This document shows positions 58,101 to 64,000 of a stretch of DNA of 64,000 nucleotides, piece after piece. Where the stretch lies: the NCBI GenBank assembly GCA_977016875.1, contig CDRNST010000035.1:1116001-1180000 (forward strand), in the 5' to 3' direction. How positions within the stretch are numbered: the first letter of the stretch is position 1; each line of letters begins with the position of its first letter. This stretch comes from Pavona decussata (taxonomy: Eukaryota). The position numbers and the translations under genes were made by a program. The notes under the pieces were generated by a model that saw nothing but the letters and a program-made list of their open reading frames with translations, was not told the DNA's origin and did not search any database.

Positions 58101-61100
58101 ACAACAGTTTTAAGAAGAAGCTGAAAATGGCTTTGGTTTCTAGTTTCTCAATACTTGTGGTATAACATTTGTAATCGTAAAGCATGTTGTCATATTTTAT
58201 AGCCGTTTGGTACACCTGTACTACTCACAGAATAGTGGCTGCTAAAACTCTGATCAGCTCTTGAGCAAACTTGAGTCCAATTTTATAGTCTTCCTTGGAG
58301 ACGCCGTTAGATCCATCAACCAGGAAAATTACATCCAGTCCTCCGTTATAATCTAAATCAAGCGAGCGACGACTTCTCGACTCCACTTTGAAACAGGAGC
58401 CATTTTTGCTGCAAGGGTGTTCAACATGATTATCTAAGAGGTTGTGGCGGATAAAAGCTGTGGCCTCCTCTACATCCATGACGTTTCTATCTGAAAAATT
58501 AATGCATTTCCTGCATCATTACATTTTTTCAGTAGAACGTTAAAAGCTCACATAACCTTTACAATCAGAATATATTGTCTTAGCAATATTCGTTCATACG
58601 CAAACTCTAGGGAAAAATTCCTTATTTAAAGGATTCTGCAATCTTGGACCCATATAACCGAACTGGTTCTAAATTGCCTTTCTCAGAACTTAGCTAGCTG
58701 AACCGCAGGCAAAGATTACCACTTCTTATTATATAAATAAACGGTAACTAGCAGTACTGTTCCATTTTCTCAATGTCAAAAACCCTGTGTTGTTTGATAA
58801 CAGCCGTAGTTCTGTACGATACAGTCATCTAATCACACTCTTTAGCAATGTCGGAGCTTTTCGAGACTCTTAGCAAAAAAAGGCAAGAACGGCATTGGGA
58901 AAGAGTGGAAGCTCTCATTTTGTTCAGGCTCTCTTTGTTTCAATTCCTCTTCTTCTGTCTCAACTCCACCCGTGTTTTTTCAGCTCTCATCGAAAGCGAC
59001 CATTATCTGCAGGCACTCAATCCAGAGCTCTTTGTGTACCAATTTATCACGCTGTCTGCAGACCGCTGTTATTTGAAAATCTGACACCAAGCTTCACTTA
59101 CCTACGCATACCGGACGAGTGGTCCAAGTTCCATGGTTCTTACACTCAATGCCGGCTGGACCGTGTATTTTATAACCTGGGGCGCATCTGTATTCTACCG
59201 TGCTACCAACGTTGAAGTCTGACCCGATGAAGTGCCCGTGACGGATTGTTCCCGGGTTTCCACAGCTTGTAACTAGTAAACGATAAAACATTTCAAGAGG
59301 TGCAGTGTGAAGAGACAAATATTCGGTTTTATCAACTGAGTTGATGAGTTAGTTTGGCCACGTAAAGAGATTCGAGTGCTGACTTTTCGAGGGTAAGCCC
59401 TTCGTCAAAGCGAATTTTCCAATCCCCCACCCACCCAGACCAGCCCTCTTCAGGAAGTGTCAATAAAGTTTGTATTGTATTGTATTGTATTGTATTGTAT
59501 TGTATTGTATTGTATTGTATTGTATTGTATTGTATTGTATTGACCAAGCACCACATTTTTTTCACAAACTTACCCCGATTTGTGTGTAGAAGGACTAGTT
59601 CAAGACTTTCTTTTTTTTTTTACAATAGGTTCCCCGCAATTTTGTTTCCCTAGCAACTGTTCTTGCGAATCAATGATACTGAAACTGGAACAAGACAGGA
59701 ACTGGAAAACTACATTCTATTTCTTGCTAAATGCTAAATTTACTTTTCACAAAAGCAATTTCTTCATTTCAACTAACTGTAGTTTACCTCATAAGTACGT
59801 AACTTATGATCATCCGGGTGAGTGTAGTCCTAAGAAAGACTGTTTGATGTGACATTGACTGACTTTCCGACAACCTGAGCGAAAGTCATCTTTAGAGTCA
59901 AGTAAACTGTGGAAAGTCAATACTGAGATGGTATAAATGTCTCTGATTATTGACCTGATTGGTCAACGAAGTCCTGTAAAAAGTGATTGGTGCGTTTCGA
60001 TCCGTCTTTTGTTAGCCAAACGTCCGTGGTCTGTTGTCAGTAAAGCTCTCTATTGTTTGTCTGTCTTGTTCAAACCATTTACTGAAGTTAATTACCTTTT
60101 GGAAATCTGCATTGAGGCTGTTTTCCAAGGAGTTTGCCATCTTTGCAAAGGTGGATTTTGTCTCCTTCTACTAGCCTGTAGCCATTAATGCAATCATACC
60201 TAACCTTGGTATAATTGCAGCAGTGTCTGATGGCTATATGAAGAGGACGGTAGCGAACAAGTTCCTTAACAATTGACTCACAGGTGCTTTTGATAGGTGG
60301 ACCTGTTGCTGGGCAAAATAAACCAATCATGTGTTATTCGATGGGACACATTTTGCCGAAGATACTTCGTGTTCTGCTTGAAGGGAAACCCATAATTGTC
60401 TACAGTAGTTAAGAAGACGTCACTTTGGGGACGTGGGGGGGGGGGGGGGGGGAAGGGGCTAAAAGCAAGCCCTCTTGGAGAGTAGTAAGTACTTTCTAAT
60501 TTTGGTGCTCAATATAGAAGACCTGAAGTCGTGGGTTTTGCCGTTTTATTTTTCTTTTCCTTTCCTTTTTTTTTTTTTTTTTTTTGGATATTTCAACTTG
60601 TCTTGATATTGTTATTGGTACTGAGCGACCCCTATAGTTACGTTAGTTCGTCATAAGATTGGTAATTTGGCCCCTAATTCAAGTTTTCGTCTCTAGACAC
60701 AAACTACTTTCACTTGCACCAAAAGAATTTCCGTGCTCATTTCGTAGGCTAGGCTTTGTAAATAGTTTCCTTTAGAGACAGCAAATTAGACTCTTGTAAA
60801 CACGCCTTATTTATTTATTTATTTATTTGTTTACTTAATATTTTTGTTTTTTTCGATTAACTGAAGGCGTAATGGAAAAATGAATCAATGTCTTCACCTG
60901 TAACTGCGTTCATCCGCTTTTTTGCTTTTGTTTTGTCTTTTCATAAAGAAGATATAATTAATTGCATTATAATTCGATCCCAAAACACATCACAGACACA
61001 AAAACGCATGCTGATGAATATTCACAATTTAGATAACAATTATCCAAACAAACACGTTTGCCCAGTTTCAAGAGTTTCTTATATTTGACAACAATCGTGG

Positions 61101-61722
61101 TCATCATCTTTTTTAATCCAGGATTTCTCATCCGATTATACATTCAAGTTAGCCGGAAGGGAAGGGCTTAGTCAAACATAACTTGTAAAGAAAAAAAAAC
61201 AACTTAAAACTTTAAAAAAGCAGATTTCACGCTATTAAAAATTGTAAATAAAAAAATCTTTTTCGTCGTTTCCGACTTAGTTTTGAGCTAAGAGATTATG
61301 TTCAGTATTAATTTTGGTTGACGTACCTGTCTAGTTTGTCGAGATAAAAAAAAAAAGGAGTAAGATTCATTGAAAAACTGGCATGAAACAAAACTGTCCT
61401 CAACAGCATTTTTGTAACTTCTTGTAAGGTTCTGGATTCAGCTTGTTGTCAAGAGTTGGACTTACCATTATGATCGATGAAAACTCATTTCGCACAAAAA
61501 CGTATTTTTTATTTGGCGTGCGTTGCCAACTATAAGTAAACAATGTTCTTTTGTCAACGTGTACGCCGTTTTATCACCCCACACATTTTAGGCTAATTTA
61601 ATTATAGCAGCGGTAATGAAAACTCGCGTCTCACCTGTGGCACCTTGTTGGAAACCGCTGACTGAACAAAGGGTTAAAATGAGTAAAACCAGCGCCTGCA
61701 ATACAAAAAGAATACCGAGCAT
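55169..61722 (-). CDS. Complement factor B/C2-like protein (signal peptide - 2 CCP/sushi - vWA - trypsin-like domain), predicted catalytically inactive, 8 exons, ~679 aa
   Basis: Exons (minus strand): 61722-61635 (MLGILFVLQALVLLILTLCSVSG signal peptide), 60308-60096 (CCP), 59272-59102 (CCP: CGNPG...YRCAPGY...C..GTW...PVC), 58490-58229 and 57845-57409 (vWA: LDVIFLVDGS, VAVVSY), 56952-56845 (ECG...WPWQ), 56468-56363 (WVITAAHC), 55823-55169 (NDIAL, GDGGGP, GLVSWGEGC). Total 2040 nt, in frame. Confidence 0.88.
59471..59542. repeat. (TGTAT)n pentanucleotide microsatellite
   Basis: Direct reading, about 14 units. Confidence 0.95.
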
Positions 61723-62394
61723 CTAAGAAACGTTGAGGTTTTCATGTCTTGTTTTTCAATATGTCAATAGCTAAATGTTTGTGGTGAAAAACAAAAATCC
61801 CAAAACTAACAATTCTATGCACGATAGTTAAACTTGCCGGAGATTTATATTGACAACAAACTATTATTGTTTCATGCATATTTAGATATTTTATATTTGT
61901 ACTTAGAAGCATCGATCGTTAACCTTGAGTTGAGACAGAAATCGCTGGCAATTGATGTTTTCGTTGCAACCCATTTCCATCGTCTGGAGTGGAAACGTTA
62001 GGTGACGATGACCTTTTCCACTTTTAGTTATGTTGAATTAGTTTGTCTTTTCATCCTGTGATGAATAAAGTTCATTCAATTGAATACATACCATTTAGTG
62101 TCCTTTATAAACCAAATTCAACGGTTAGGCAATCAGTCAACAAACAGGCGAGCTAGAGAGTGCGGTAGCATTTGTCTGTGATAAGCACATATGTTGCGAA
62201 CATGGCTGGGTGTCTGACTTTACGACTTTTTAAATAGATACAAGGGAGTTCTAAAAAAAAATCAGCACCAATTAATTCACATCTGAAATTCAACCCCTTT
62301 GTAAATCTAGAAATTTCTTTGATAATTTTTGCCGTAAGTGCATATTTTAAGACATCTGATCGGTTTGCTATGTTGAACGGTTTTAGTTCAGCCG

Positions 62395-62620
62395 TCGTAA
62401 AACCAGACCCAAAGAAATTACCCTGGCCAATCACAACAGACGAAAACAGCAAAATTAACACATCAGAACTCAAAGGCGTCAAGTGCGGGAAAACGCGTGC
62501 GAGTAGTTTACGATAGTTGTGATTTTGCTTCTTATTGGTTGAAAAGTAGCGCGAGTTTTGCCAACCAATCACAAACTGAGCTTGCTAAAGCATAACCAAA
62601 GCAAACACGACACTCAATGT
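62395..62620. repeat. Dispersed CCAATCA-rich MITE-like repeat; related copies at 1-200 and 8318-8435
   Basis: Shared GTCGT.AAACCA...CCAATCA...AAACGCGTGCGA...GATTGG blocks in the three locations. Confidence 0.6.
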
Positions 62621-62898
62621 GATAAACCGCTGCAAGAAACAATAACTTGACTTTGAAGTGTTCAAATCCATGTTTTCAAGTTTTCGAAATGGTAGATAAA
62701 ATACTGAAGAGTGACCGTTCACTGAAAGAAGACTACCGATTTTCAAACGACTGTTTCTATAAATTTCACAACGTGAGTCTTGAGGATGTTAACGTATTTT
62801 AGTCTAACGTAAATGCTTCTGACGAGGTTCTTTTGCTACATTAGTACGTTAATGTCAGGTATGTTACAAAATGGTTAAATGAGAAGTCAAATCACATA

Positions 62899-62987
62899 TA
62901 ATGGAGAGGTAGAAATTAGTGCTCGCTATGAGCAGATCATTCTAATGGAGAGGTAGAAATCAGTGCTCTCTATGAGCAGATCATTCT
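62899..62987. repeat. 44-bp tandem duplication (2 copies)
   Basis: TAATGGAGAGGTAGAAATYAGTGCTCKCTATGAGCAGATCATTC repeated twice. Confidence 0.9.
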
Positions 62988-64000
62988 GATGCAAGAATAA
63001 AAACTCAAAACACTTAATGTGATGCGTGCAGTCTTGGGCAAAAATCATGAGAGAAAAGCGCTCAGGCAAAAAGGTTTAAATAATGGAACTGCTTGCGTGG
63101 TCGGCTGGGATGTATTCGCCCCCACCCACGTCCAACTTCTTTTCCCAAGAATACTGATGCCGTATATGCTGATAACAAAGTCCAGCTGACACCCAACAAA
63201 CAGCTTATAACGGCAAAAGCTTCTTCGGCGGCTTTTTACAAAAGATATCTTTGTGGTTCAGGCTTTTGGCTGATTAATACATCCGTCTTTTTTGCACGTA
63301 AAACTGTCGCTTTATCGCGCATTGGAAGGGATTATGAACAGATAAGACAGTTAAGAATTATATCTAAGTCTTTTTCCTGTGAAATCATCTAAAAAATGAA
63401 GAAAAGGTCAAAGGATCAATGCGTAAGTGCCAATGCTTATTTTAAGGTGCAAAATAAATTATAAACTTTTTAATTAGCAAAGAAATTATAATGCGACTGT
63501 GGTGAGGTGATGAAATAGATTTTATGGTTTAATTAAGTTTGCAGTTTAAAAATTGCGAGATATGAATGAATAAAGTAATTACTAGAAGAAGTTTCGTAAG
63601 AGCTAATATTTATCAAATTGAAATACAAGAAGTTTGGCTCAAGTGGATAGGCCAAACGATATCACGAATGATCTAAATATTCCCTCATTAATGTAACCTT
63701 TGCATTCGTCTCGTTAGCTGTTTGAGAAAAAAAGTACTAGTATTTTTACGAATCAAACCGACTTCTGAAACATGGTAGCAAGTATTAATAGCTTTTAAAC
63801 ATAATAGACCAAACAGTAATCTTAAACGCATCCTTCAGTTTCTTACCATACGTTGTTAAGAGGAAGAGACACGTTTGATCAGTGATCAGAGTTTTGGTGT
63901 CGTATTGAGAAGTTAGACGTTGATTTTTGTTTGGGGTTAACAATGTTTACCGTTCATAAAGTTTATCTTGTTTGACCCACGATAAACAGATCATGATAAA

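Overview
Intron-rich, repeat-rich animal genomic DNA. It is probably an anthozoan/stony coral, inferred from repeat style and gene content and not proven. Two assembly gaps are present. Splicing by hand on GT-AG junctions with consistent phases gives four complete innate-immunity-type genes. (1,2) A tandem pair of 14-exon RIG-I-like receptor (RLR) helicases on the + strand (2157-20989, ~1176 aa; 24972-37992, ~1234 aa). Their architecture is unusual: ONE MAVS-like CARD, a putative TRADD-N-like domain where the second CARD would be, acidic microexons, a DECH helicase with a 175/227-aa acidic insertion just before motif IV, and a Zn-binding CTD. Both promoters keep an ISRE + GAS + overlapping GAS/NF-kB + TATA module. 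(3) A 5-exon dynamin/mitofusin/BDLP-like GTPase (42600-49067, ~649 aa, + strand). (4) A convergent 8-exon complement factor B/C2-like gene (61722-55169, ~679 aa) whose catalytic Ser is Gly and whose vWA MIDAS is degenerate, i.e. a likely pseudo-enzyme. Introns and spacers hold nested DNA transposons (IS3EU-like, Harbinger-derived, MITEs), decayed LINE and Penelope fragments, tRNA-derived SINEs and microsatellites. All family assignments come from motif recognition; no database search was run.
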